64,000 nt of DNA, taken from NCBI GenBank assembly GCA_963665275.2, contig CAXXIN010000016.1, positions 268,395-332,394 on the forward strand. The letters run 5' to 3'. The translations under genes and the position numbers were made by a program. This document shows, in pieces, positions 38,318-47,937 of the stretch. This stretch comes from Negativicutes bacterium. GTDB taxonomy: Bacteria > Bacillota > Negativicutes > UBA1444. The notes under the pieces were generated by a model. It worked only from the letters and a program-made list of their open reading frames with translations, ran no database searches and was not told where the DNA came from. Positions within the stretch are counted from its first letter, which is position 1. The number at the start of each line of letters is the position of its first letter.

Positions 38318-39661
38318 ATGAATACAAATGTATGGAATGAATATAAAAAGAAAACAGTCAGCGCTGATGAGGCGGTGAAAATCGTAAAATCAGGCGACGA
38401 AGTAATCATGGGGTCTGTTGACCTCCCGACGATTGAATTAGACAAGGCGTTGGCTAAACGGCGTGATGAATTACACAATGTATATCTACGCGGCACTAGT
38501 ATTATGCATTATTCCGAAGCTCCAAAATCTGATCCCACGCATGAGCATTTTATCTTGAATGATCTGTCATTCTCCGTTGACGAAAGAAAAATGCAAGCGG
38601 ATGGTCTGGCTTTCTTTATGCCCTGCATGTTGAGCGAAATCCCGGAAATTATCCGCAGGCGTCCGGCAGATGTGCTGTTTGTCGCTGCGACTCCCATGGA
38701 TGACAAAGGTTTCTTCAATCTCAGTATTCCTGGCGTCGGCACGGCCGCGGCAATACAAACATCCAAGCGTATTGTGCTGGAAATCCATAAAACAATTCCG
38801 CACGTATATGGGCCTGAACAATATGTCCACATTTCCGACGTGGATTATGTGGTCGAAGTCGCAGAAAGCAAGCTCCCGATCTACCTGCCCAATATCGAGC
38901 CTTCAGAAATTGACAAGAAGATCGCCATGAATATCATGCCGCTCATTACGGATGGTTCTTGCCTGCAGTTAGGGGTCGGCGGCACACCGAACTATGTTGG
39001 GAAAATGATAGCCGAATCTGATCTTAAGGATTTTGGCATTCACACGGAGCTATTGGCCAGTGCCTACTTTGACATGTTCAAAGCTGGAAAAATTACCAAT
39101 GCGAAAAAAACGCTGAATAAAGGAATCAGCATTTGTACGTTCGTTCTCGGCTCCAAAGAATTATATGAATTCATCGATCACAACCCGCTTATCCAATTAT
39201 ATCCCAGTGATTATACGAACAATCATCATAACATTATGCAGAACGATAACGTGATATCGATTTGCGGCTGTATCCATATTGACATCTTAGGACAGGTATC
39301 CGCCGAATCGGTTGGCCGAAAACAGGTTTCCGGCACGGGCGGTCAGGTCGATTTTCATTACTCGGCCTATCATTCCAAAGGCGGAAAAGGAATCGTGTGT
39401 GTGCCGTCGGCTCGTTTTGACAATAAAACCAACAAATACATTTCCAACATACTGCCGGCTTTGGTTCCCGGCACATTGGTCACGACTCCCGCTTCTCTTA
39501 TCAGTTATGTTGCAACAGAAAACGGGCTTGTCGACTTGAAAGGAAAATCTACTTGGGAAAGGGCAGAAGCGTTGATCTCGATCGCACACCCTGAATGTCA
39601 GGACCAGCTTGTTGAAGAATGCAAAAAAGCCAACATTTGGCGTCGCAGCAACAAACGTTAA
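38318..39661 (+). CDS. Acetyl-CoA hydrolase/transferase (family I) CoA-transferase
   Basis: ADEAVK.VKSGD, PMDDKGFFN, CLQLGVGG, GIHTE, SGTGGQVDF, ERAEALISIAHP. Confidence 0.9.
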   Translation: MNTNVWNEYKKKTVSADEAVKIVKSGDEVIMGSVDLPTIELDKALAKRRDELHNVYLRGTSIMHYSEAPKSDPTHEHFILNDLSFSVDERKMQADGLAFFMPCMLSEIPEIIRRRPADVLFVAATPMDDKGFFNLSIPGVGTAAAIQTSKRIVLEIHKTIPHVYGPEQYVHISDVDYVVEVAESKLPIYLPNIEPSEIDKKIAMNIMPLITDGSCLQLGVGGTPNYVGKMIAESDLKDFGIHTELLASAYFDMFKAGKITNAKKTLNKGISICTFVLGSKELYEFIDHNPLIQLYPSDYTNNHHNIMQNDNVISICGCIHIDILGQVSAESVGRKQVSGTGGQVDFHYSAYHSKGGKGIVCVPSARFDNKTNKYISNILPALVPGTLVTTPASLISYVATENGLVDLKGKSTWERAEALISIAHPECQDQLVEECKKANIWRRSNKR

Positions 39662-39699
39662 TTAGTATCACATAAAAAAATTCTGGAGGTTGTATCATA

Positions 39700-40866
39700 A
39701 TGGACTTTAGAATCAATAAAAATCAGGAAATGCTTCGGCAAATGGCGCGTGACTTTGCAATGAAAGAAATTACTCCCTTTGCCGCGAAATGGGACAAGGA
39801 AGAAAGTTGTCCCATGGAAACAATTGCCAAATTACATGATATGGGATTGATGTCTATCGCGATTCCGGAGGAATATGGCGGACCTGGGTTGGACAATGTA
39901 TCGTTGTGTTTGATTATGGAGGAATTGTCCAAAGCCGATGCAGGCTTGGCTACCATTGTAATGGGGTCTGCATTACTCGGTTCCGATCCGGTTTTGATCG
40001 CCGGTACGAAGGAACAGAAAAAGTGGTGGTATGACCGTATGTTGGACGGTGCAATTGCCGCTTTTTGCCTGACAGAGCCGGAAGCCGGCACCGATGCTGG
40101 AAATATGTCCACTCGCTGCGAAAAAGACGGGGATTCTTATGTAATCAACGGAATTAAACAATTCATCTCCAATGGTCAATTCGCGAAGCAATTTTCGCTG
40201 ATGGCTACTCTAGATAAAAAAATGGGCCCCAAAGGTATGTGCGCCTTTATGATTGACAGAGATACTCCTGGGATTTCTATTAGTAAGAAGGAAGAGAAGC
40301 TGGGAATTCGCAGTAGCGCTACCAATGAAATAGTATTTGATAACGTGCGGGTTCCCGTAAAAAATCTGCTTGGCGCTGAAGGTCAGGGCATGCATATCAT
40401 CATGCAAACTTTGGACATAAGCCGCACCGGGGTAGCTGCAATGGCTACCGGAATTTGTCAGGCTTCTTTGGAAGCTGCGGTCAAGTACGCCGGCGAAAGA
40501 GTGCAGTTCGGCAAACCCATCGGCAGTTTCCAGGCCATTCAATTTATGCTGGCCGATATGGCCATGTATACAGAGACGTCAAGGTTGCTTTATTTGAAAG
40601 CAGCCAGTTTGCAAGATGCCAAACTGCCGTTCAAAATGCTTTCATCCATGGCAAAATCATGGGCAGGCGATGCTGCGGTCAAAGTATCCTGCGATGCAAT
40701 TCAAGTATTTGGCGGCTATGGCTACACTAAAGATTATCCGGTCGAAAAATACTATCGTGATGCAAAAATCATGCAAATTTACGAAGGAACAGCTCAAGTT
40801 CAAAGAATGGTCATTGGTAAAGATTTAACGAAAACTGGTTATACTCCGTTCTATGTCGAGCCATAA
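39700..40866 (+). CDS. Acyl-CoA dehydrogenase
   Basis: FCLTEPEAGTD, KLGIR, RVQFGKPI, FGGYGY, YRDAKI.QIYEGT. Confidence 0.94.
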   Translation: MDFRINKNQEMLRQMARDFAMKEITPFAAKWDKEESCPMETIAKLHDMGLMSIAIPEEYGGPGLDNVSLCLIMEELSKADAGLATIVMGSALLGSDPVLIAGTKEQKKWWYDRMLDGAIAAFCLTEPEAGTDAGNMSTRCEKDGDSYVINGIKQFISNGQFAKQFSLMATLDKKMGPKGMCAFMIDRDTPGISISKKEEKLGIRSSATNEIVFDNVRVPVKNLLGAEGQGMHIIMQTLDISRTGVAAMATGICQASLEAAVKYAGERVQFGKPIGSFQAIQFMLADMAMYTETSRLLYLKAASLQDAKLPFKMLSSMAKSWAGDAAVKVSCDAIQVFGGYGYTKDYPVEKYYRDAKIMQIYEGTAQVQRMVIGKDLTKTGYTPFYVEP

Positions 40867-41032
40867 CCGTCTTAGCGAAACGCCCCGGTTTATAGTTGAG
40901 TGATTAATCGAGTTACCCCACAGTAATGTTGTCAGCAAGTCTTATTGTATATACAGTTTGGTCTTGCTGACAATTTTGCCTTGTGCGTTACAACTTCCGC
41001 AAAGTGGCCACATTAAGGAGGAATATAATTAT

Positions 41033-42169
41033 ATGAAAAATGGAATTGGAATTGGATTTTCCATGGCAGCGGTCTGGTTCGCAACTCACTGTGGTGGAGG
41101 GTTTGCCACTGGCAATCAGGAAGTCAATTTTTTTGTGAAGTATGGCTGGTTTGCTGCGTTTTTACCAATCATTGCTATGATTCTGTTGGGCTGGGCTCAT
41201 CGGAATGCGCTTGTTTTGGCTAAAGACTATAAAACCTATAATTATAAGAGTTATGGCGATGCCTTGTTTCATCCTTATGAAAAATATTTTTCCCTCGTGT
41301 TTGAAATCGGCTTTATTTTACTGGTTGCTTGCGGCGTAAGTACTGCCATTGCCGGCGCCGGGGCCTTGTTGAAGAGCACTATTGGCTTGCCTTACGGAGT
41401 AGGCATTGTATTGGTAGGGATAATTTTATTGTTCTTGACCACATACGGCGGCGACTTGATTATTAAAGTCTTAAGTCTTAAAACATATTTTCTAATCGTT
41501 ACATTGCTGCTGCTTTGCGTGCTGGGTATGCAAATGGGAGCGTTCAGATTTACCAATGTTATCGCTACCGGAGATGCTTTCGGAAAAAGTTTTTGGGAAG
41601 CAGTTTGGTTAATGCTGATTTATGTCGGCTTTCAGGCTTTTACAGCGATGCCTATTATTTCGGTTTCGCATCGGATTAAGACAACGAAAGAGTGTAACTG
41701 GTTTATGTTTTTTGGCACGCTACTCAATGGAGCATTTTTAGTGGCAATTTGTCTTATGTTGTTAGGTTTTACCCCTGAAGTTCTGGGCGAGACGCTTCCC
41801 GTATATTATGTTTGTACACAGCTTGGCTTGCCTTGGCTAAAAGTTTTATATAGCGTAATTTTGTTTGTTGCGTTGCTCGGAACGGCCATCTCGCTAGTGT
41901 TTTCGGCAGTGGCTCGGTTTGAAGGGGCTTGGCCTGCCAGAGGTTTTTTTGAAAAGTTGCGGAGACGGCGGATTGCTATTTCGCTGATTACTATGGCAAT
42001 TTGCACTGGCATTTCTGTATTCGGCTTAACCAATATCGTGGTAAAAGGGTATGGTTCCGTTGGGTATATTGGCGTATTCTTTGTTTTAATTCCTGAGTTG
42101 ATTGTCGGCACGGTTAAAATCAGAAATAATGCCCGTCGTCGTCAGGAACAAGGAATTATAGAAGGATGA
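41033..42169 (+). CDS. YkvI-like membrane protein (putative amino-acid transporter)
   Basis: WFATHCGGGFATGNQ N-terminal motif, about 10 TM, KGYG. Confidence 0.72.
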   Translation: MKNGIGIGFSMAAVWFATHCGGGFATGNQEVNFFVKYGWFAAFLPIIAMILLGWAHRNALVLAKDYKTYNYKSYGDALFHPYEKYFSLVFEIGFILLVACGVSTAIAGAGALLKSTIGLPYGVGIVLVGIILLFLTTYGGDLIIKVLSLKTYFLIVTLLLLCVLGMQMGAFRFTNVIATGDAFGKSFWEAVWLMLIYVGFQAFTAMPIISVSHRIKTTKECNWFMFFGTLLNGAFLVAICLMLLGFTPEVLGETLPVYYVCTQLGLPWLKVLYSVILFVALLGTAISLVFSAVARFEGAWPARGFFEKLRRRRIAISLITMAICTGISVFGLTNIVVKGYGSVGYIGVFFVLIPELIVGTVKIRNNARRRQEQGIIEG

Positions 42170-42370
42170 GAAAAAACGACAATACCGACCCGGCACGGAT
42201 TAGTCGTCGTTGCCGGGCTGGTGCAAGTCACTATGTTCACGATGAGCTGGTGGCGGCTCTACCAATGCGGTAGTACATACCTTGGCGCCGGCTGAAGTTA
42301 TGAGTGTGAAGTTTGACCTGCAGGATTTTGACCAAGTTCAGTTGTCTGTGCCGGTGGCGGCGTATTGAGA

Positions 42371-42420
42371 AAAAGACCTCTGGCGTAGATGCTGCAAATC
42401 TACACCGGAGGTCTTTTTTT
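42371..42420 (+). terminator. Intrinsic terminator
   Basis: AAAAGACCTCTGG...CCGGAGGTCTTTTTTT. Confidence 0.75.
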
Positions 42421-42498
42421 GTAACAGATTCATTTTCGACATAGAGGCAGGGGATGTGTTAGACTGTTGGTGGAAAATCAAAGTGTGGAGGTGAAGAC

Positions 42499-43389
42499 AT
42501 GGAGTTGCATCAATTGCAGTATGTGGTGGAGGTTGCCAGCCAGAAAAACTTCACTCGGGCTGCGGATAAAATCAATGTTAGTCAATCCACGCTTTCCCAA
42601 CAAGTTGCTAAATTGGAAGATGAATTGGGCGTCAAATTGTTTGAACGCAATTCCCGAACCGTAGACTTGACTCAGATCGGGGAAGAATTTATCATTCAGG
42701 CGAAAATTTTGTTGGACAATCTGGAAAAATCAAAACAAATTGTCATGGAATATAAGGGGCTGATAAAGGGAACATTGCGGATTGGCGTGATCGCTTCGTT
42801 AGGCCGTATTGACTATGGTGACATGATCTCTTCATTCTATAAACAATACCCAGGCGTAAAATTTGAAATCGTGCAGGCGGGAACCTATGAATTGCTTGAA
42901 AAGCTCGCAGCAAAGACAATCGAAGTAGCTTTTGTTGTCATGCCGACGCCTGAGCAGTATCGAGACATCAATTTCCGACATTTAGCCTATGATGATTATG
43001 TTCTGGCACTCCCCCCATCACATCGCTTAGCGGGAAAAGAATCGCTTGATTTAGCAGAGGTGGCTGCAGAGAAGTTTATTTTTCATCCTGCAGCAGATCG
43101 CATGTTTTCCATTTGCATGGAGGCCTGCATCAAAGCGGGCTTTCATCCCAATATCGTATGTGAAAGCAACCACTCACCTACCTGTTTGTCGCTGATTAGT
43201 GCGGGTATGGGTATTGGTTTTTTTCCTGGGGAAAAACTTAAAGATACACCATTCCCTATTGCAATTGTTCCACTCAAACAACCGCTGAAAAAAGAGATTG
43301 TGCTGGCGTTTGGTAAGCAAGCCACGCTTTCACCAGTGGCGGCAAAGTTTCATAGCTTTGTATCAAAATGGGTGAATTCGTTGGATTAG
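42499..43389 (+). CDS. LysR family transcriptional regulator
   Basis: NFTRAA..INVSQSTLSQQV..LE.ELG..LFER. Confidence 0.95.
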   Translation: MELHQLQYVVEVASQKNFTRAADKINVSQSTLSQQVAKLEDELGVKLFERNSRTVDLTQIGEEFIIQAKILLDNLEKSKQIVMEYKGLIKGTLRIGVIASLGRIDYGDMISSFYKQYPGVKFEIVQAGTYELLEKLAAKTIEVAFVVMPTPEQYRDINFRHLAYDDYVLALPPSHRLAGKESLDLAEVAAEKFIFHPAADRMFSICMEACIKAGFHPNIVCESNHSPTCLSLISAGMGIGFFPGEKLKDTPFPIAIVPLKQPLKKEIVLAFGKQATLSPVAAKFHSFVSKWVNSLD

Positions 43390-43598
43390 CATATTTCAAA
43401 AATCATAGGTCTTGAACAAGAGGCGCACTGTTGTCTGATAAGACGGCGATGCGCCTCTTGTCATTGATGAAACCGATTGGTGGTATGGATAAGATGATTT
43501 GCGATTATTCTGTTAATAATTTAAGATTCAGATGACAAGCAGGTGAAGGGTATGGGGGCGGCTGGTTGTCACGCACGATCGTTAAAGGGGAGGGGAAA

Positions 43599-44711
43599 AT
43601 GGCAATGATAGGTGATTTTACTTTTTTTGCACCGACGAAGATTGTTTTTGGTAAGGGTTGTGTCCAGAAAAACAAAGACAGCATAACCAAGTTTGGCAAA
43701 AAGGCTTACATCATTACCTATAATATTCCGGGCAAGCATTATGCCCTGGACGATGTAAAGGCGATTTTTGACGAGGCCGGTATTGCGTACATCGTGGATA
43801 CCGATATTGAAGAAAATCCTTCGATGGAAACTGTAGAAAGAGCTGCAAACATCGGCAAAAAAGCCAAAGTTGATTTTATGGTGGGTATCGGCGGAGGGTC
43901 TCCGATCGATGCAGCGAAAGCTATTGGTGTGTTGATTCAGAATCCGGATAAATCTGCGGTCGACTTGTTTGCAGGCGAGCAACTAAAAAGTCTTCCGCTG
44001 CTGGCCATTCCCACAACTGCCGGGACGGGCGCGGAGGTTGCCCATTGGGCTGTGCTGACCAGAAACGACATTGGCACAAAACAAGCAATCAGTCCCAGGA
44101 TTTTTCCGGACATCGCCTTTGTCGATGCCGACTATCTGATGAAAATGCCCATTCGCCTGACCCGCGCGACGGCGCTCGACGCGCTGTGCCATAATATTGA
44201 ATCCTATGTGTCAACTGCCGGCAACTATTTTTCCCGATCTATTTGTGAGATTGCCTTTCGACTTTTCTCCGAATGCGTAGAGGCGATGAAGAAAGATGAT
44301 TATACCTACGAAATTCGGGAGAAGCAGATGCTGATTTCCGTAATCGGTGGGTTGGTTAATACACAGACCGGTAGTTGTCTCCCGCATGGTATGAGTTATG
44401 CGTTGACCCATAATAAAAAGATTCCTCACGGCTTGGCCTGCGCACTACTGGAAAAAGAATATCTGGCGATCTTTAAAAATACGGAAAAGATTGACAGGAT
44501 TATGACATTGACAGGCTTTAGCAGCTTAAACGAATTCGGAGCCTTTATTGACAGCCTTTTGGAGTTGAATATCAAGGTTACCGAAGAAGAAATGGAAGAG
44601 TACGCGACCGATTTCGCCGCGCAAAAGCACCGCTTTACAAGGCATCCTGAACCTGCCGGAAAAGCAGAGGTTTTGCAAATCTACCGAAATAGTTTGCTCA
44701 AGTATAACTAA
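43599..44711 (+). CDS. Iron-containing (group III) alcohol dehydrogenase
   Basis: PTKIVFG, GGGSPIDAAK, PTTAGTG.E, DALCH..ES, PHG..Y, PHG. Confidence 0.92.
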   Translation: MAMIGDFTFFAPTKIVFGKGCVQKNKDSITKFGKKAYIITYNIPGKHYALDDVKAIFDEAGIAYIVDTDIEENPSMETVERAANIGKKAKVDFMVGIGGGSPIDAAKAIGVLIQNPDKSAVDLFAGEQLKSLPLLAIPTTAGTGAEVAHWAVLTRNDIGTKQAISPRIFPDIAFVDADYLMKMPIRLTRATALDALCHNIESYVSTAGNYFSRSICEIAFRLFSECVEAMKKDDYTYEIREKQMLISVIGGLVNTQTGSCLPHGMSYALTHNKKIPHGLACALLEKEYLAIFKNTEKIDRIMTLTGFSSLNEFGAFIDSLLELNIKVTEEEMEEYATDFAAQKHRFTRHPEPAGKAEVLQIYRNSLLKYN

Positions 44712-44772
44712 TGTAATTTGAGCTGTTCGGTCCAATATAGAAGCAACAATTATGTAGAAGGGGAGAAATATT

Positions 44773-46197
44773 ATGGCAAAAGAAATCAACAAAGGACTCA
44801 CACCGGTACAACAGGAAGAATTGGATCAAGTTTTTGAAAAGGCGCGCGCCGCCGCAGCGGTGATTGCGACCTACGATCAGGCAAAAGTGGATCGCTTGTG
44901 TCAGGCGGTGGCCTGGTCGGTTGCAAACAAAAAAACATTTTCGAATCTGGTTGCGATGGGGATCGAGGAAAGTGGCTTGGGAGATCCCGTCAGTCGCATG
45001 GGGAAACGGATGAAAATCCGCGGGATTCTGCGGGACGCGCTGCGTCAAAAAAGCGTCGGAATTATCGAAGAAATTCCCGAAAAGGGTCTCGTAAAATATG
45101 GCAAGCCTGTGGGGATCATTGCGTCCATCATCCCGACCACCAACCCGGATTTAACACCGGCGGGAAATGCGGTTTACGGGATCAAAGCGCGCAATGCCCT
45201 GATATTCTCTCCACATCCCCGGTCGAAAAAGACTTCTTTTGAAACGGTGCGGCTCATGCGGGAAGCGCTTGAACGGGAAGGCGCTCCGGCCGATATCGTC
45301 CAGTGTCTGCAAAACGTCAATATTCCAATGTCTCAAGCTTTGATGGCTAGGGCTGATCTGGTATTGGCTACGGGTGGACAGCCGATGGTTCGCGCTGCTT
45401 ATTCGTCAGGTACGCCTGCTTATGGTGTGGGCGCAGGAAACTCCACCATGGTCATTGACGAGACCGCCAATATTGAGGAAGCGGCTCAAAATTCGATGCT
45501 TAGCAAGACCTCCGATTTCGGTTCCGGTTGTTCGGCGGATGGGAATCTAATTATTTCTGCCGCTATTTTTGACAAAATGGTTAAACAACTTGAAAAAGTT
45601 GGTGGTTATGTTGCTTCGGAAGCTGAAAAAGCGAAACTCAAAGTCGTTATGTGGGATGAGGAAGGGCATCGCCTAGGCGATACTGTGGCGATTGCTCCCC
45701 AAAAACTGGCTGAAATCGCCGGCTTTTCCATTCCGGCAGACCGCAAGTTTATCATCGTTTATGGGGATGGGATCGGCAAAGAATATCCTTTCTCGGGAGA
45801 AAAATTGACCACGCTCATGGCTGTTTACAAATACAACGGCGGATTCGAGAATGCCGTTAAGATGATGCAGGCGATCTATGAGGTGGGCGGTAAAGGCCAT
45901 TCCTGCGGTATTTATTCCTTTAACGAGGAACATATTCACCAGCATGCGCTTGCAGCCCCCGTTAGCCGGATCATGGTGCGCCAGCCGCAGTCCAAAGCCA
46001 ATGCCGGGGCCTTCAACAACGGTATGCCCATGACATCCAGTCTGGGTTGCGGCACCTGGGGAGGCAATATCATTTCCGAAAATATCAGTTTGAAACACTA
46101 TATGAATACGACCTGGGTTTCGGTCCCAATTCCAGAGGATAAACCGTCCGATGCAGAGCTTTTCGGCGAGTTTTTTGATCCGGACATGGAAAAATAG
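44773..46197 (+). CDS. CoA-acylating aldehyde dehydrogenase, SauS-like
   Basis: KPVG.I....PTTNP, SPHPRS, ATGG..MVRAAYSSG, SKTSDFGSGCS, FSGEKL, GHSCGI, LGCGTWG. Confidence 0.85.
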   Translation: MAKEINKGLTPVQQEELDQVFEKARAAAAVIATYDQAKVDRLCQAVAWSVANKKTFSNLVAMGIEESGLGDPVSRMGKRMKIRGILRDALRQKSVGIIEEIPEKGLVKYGKPVGIIASIIPTTNPDLTPAGNAVYGIKARNALIFSPHPRSKKTSFETVRLMREALEREGAPADIVQCLQNVNIPMSQALMARADLVLATGGQPMVRAAYSSGTPAYGVGAGNSTMVIDETANIEEAAQNSMLSKTSDFGSGCSADGNLIISAAIFDKMVKQLEKVGGYVASEAEKAKLKVVMWDEEGHRLGDTVAIAPQKLAEIAGFSIPADRKFIIVYGDGIGKEYPFSGEKLTTLMAVYKYNGGFENAVKMMQAIYEVGGKGHSCGIYSFNEEHIHQHALAAPVSRIMVRQPQSKANAGAFNNGMPMTSSLGCGTWGGNIISENISLKHYMNTTWVSVPIPEDKPSDAELFGEFFDPDMEK

Positions 46198-46309
46198 AAC
46201 ACACACCTTACTTCTATGAAAGGCGGATATCATATGTTTGAGGATATCCGTCTTTCTTTATGTGCTGACCTCAAGGTAAACAATACAAGATGAAAGAGGG
46301 GTACACACA

Positions 46310-47743
46310 ATGCCTGCGAATCATAGTGAAAGTGCTTTTGAACACATGCGAAAAAGTTTTGGTTTGCCACTGGCGATTATTGCCCTGTTGGTTGTTTGGT
46401 TCTTGCCTGCGCCTGCCGGGCTGTCATTGGTAGGGCAGCGTGCATTGGCTTTATTCGCCGGAATCTTTATTTTGTATTTAACGGAAGCGCTTCCGTTAGT
46501 TGTAACCAGCATCGCGATTGTTCCGCTGGCGGTTCTGATGGGCGTCGTTAAAGTCGGACCAGGATTGGCTCCGTTTGCAGCCTCGTCGGTTTTTTTGATG
46601 TTTGGCGCTTTTGTTTTGGCGGCGGCTATGATAAAAACCAAGCTGGCGGAGCGGATTACTTATCTCATATTGAGTATTGTCGGCAGTTCAACGCTTCAAA
46701 TTACGATTGGAATTGTACTTGCCAATACAATATTATCCTTTCTGATTCCGTCCAGCACGGCCCGGACTGCAATACTATTGCCGGTTTGTATCAGCATTAT
46801 TGCGTTATTTAAACCAGAGGGCCGAACCAAATTCGGCGCCAATTTGCTGTTGACGTTAGCTTTTACGAACGCTACGATTAGCGCCGGCATTCTGACGGCT
46901 ACCGTTCCGAATCCGGTTACGGTTGAATATATTCAAAAGGCGGGAGGTCCTGTCATTTCATACATTGAGTGGCTGAAAATTGGTTTTCCGCCTGCTGTGT
47001 TTATGACAATTTTAACGTGGGCCTTTATCCAATTCGTATACAAGCCTGAACATAAAGAAATTCCTGGCGGCGCTGCCTATGTAAAAAATAGGCTCGAAGC
47101 CATGGGAAAAATGAATTATGATGAAAAATATACCCTTGCGATCTTTACTGGTGTGGTGGTGTTGTGGGCAACCGGAACGATAACTAAAATTGATACCACT
47201 ACTGCTTGTTTGGTTGCGATAATTCCTTTGTTTTTGCCTAAAATTGGCGTCATGAGTTGGAAAGACGCTTCGCCGCATGTCAGTTATGATGTGCTGCTGA
47301 TTACTGGCGGCGGCTTGTGTTTAGGCAGCCTGCTGATGAGCAGCGGCGCTGCCAAATGGATGGCGGCAGCTGCATTTGCAGCTTTTGGCTTAAAGGGAAT
47401 GGCGGTGCTCCTGCTCCTCGTGGTGCTCATGTTTATTGTTCAATTCATGCACTTTGTCTTTGTCGGCACGACGGTTATGGCAACTGCCATGTTACCAATG
47501 GTTATCGCTCTAGGGGTTGAAGCGGGGCTGCCGCCGGCGGTGCTGGCGTTGCCAGCCGGTATGATCATCGGCGGCTATCCGATCCTGATGTTCTATTGTA
47601 CCAATCCGAACGTGCTAGTATATGGAACAGGTCAATTAACAGTTGCCGATTTTCCGCGCGTGGGCATTCCGGTTTCGATTCTGGCCTGTATCGTATACGG
47701 ACTTTGTGCGGCAACTTACTGGCGCTGGATCGGATTGTTTTAG
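46310..47743 (+). CDS. DASS/SLC13 family anion transporter
   Basis: EALP, IPSSTAR, TATVPN, TNPN; multi-TM. Confidence 0.85.
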   Translation: MPANHSESAFEHMRKSFGLPLAIIALLVVWFLPAPAGLSLVGQRALALFAGIFILYLTEALPLVVTSIAIVPLAVLMGVVKVGPGLAPFAASSVFLMFGAFVLAAAMIKTKLAERITYLILSIVGSSTLQITIGIVLANTILSFLIPSSTARTAILLPVCISIIALFKPEGRTKFGANLLLTLAFTNATISAGILTATVPNPVTVEYIQKAGGPVISYIEWLKIGFPPAVFMTILTWAFIQFVYKPEHKEIPGGAAYVKNRLEAMGKMNYDEKYTLAIFTGVVVLWATGTITKIDTTTACLVAIIPLFLPKIGVMSWKDASPHVSYDVLLITGGGLCLGSLLMSSGAAKWMAAAAFAAFGLKGMAVLLLLVVLMFIVQFMHFVFVGTTVMATAMLPMVIALGVEAGLPPAVLALPAGMIIGGYPILMFYCTNPNVLVYGTGQLTVADFPRVGIPVSILACIVYGLCAATYWRWIGLF

Positions 47744-47756
47744 CTAAAGGACGTTG

Positions 47757-47804
47757 AAAACACCAAGCATTTCCGCTATTAGCGGGCGCGCTTGGTGTTT
47801 TTTT
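47757..47804 (+). terminator. Intrinsic terminator after the DASS gene
   Basis: AAAACACCAAGC...GCTTGGTGTTTTTTT. Confidence 0.75.
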
Positions 47805-47937
47805 GATCATTGAGTTCTGCATTATTGCATTTTCCAGGGATTCATTGGGGCAGGAGCAAAAAAGTGGTACAATACTATTACATAATTTTTCTTGATAGAT
47901 ATTCTGTGGCATTTTGGCGAATTGGAGGGGCAGGGCA

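Noticed and set aside
43463-43477. LysR T-N11-A box before the Fe-ADH gene
   Set aside because: Motif too degenerate to call without conservation data
32700-47800. Integrative mobile element
   Set aside because: AT-richer by eye with possible junction remnants, but no integrase, transposase, att repeats or tRNA target seen
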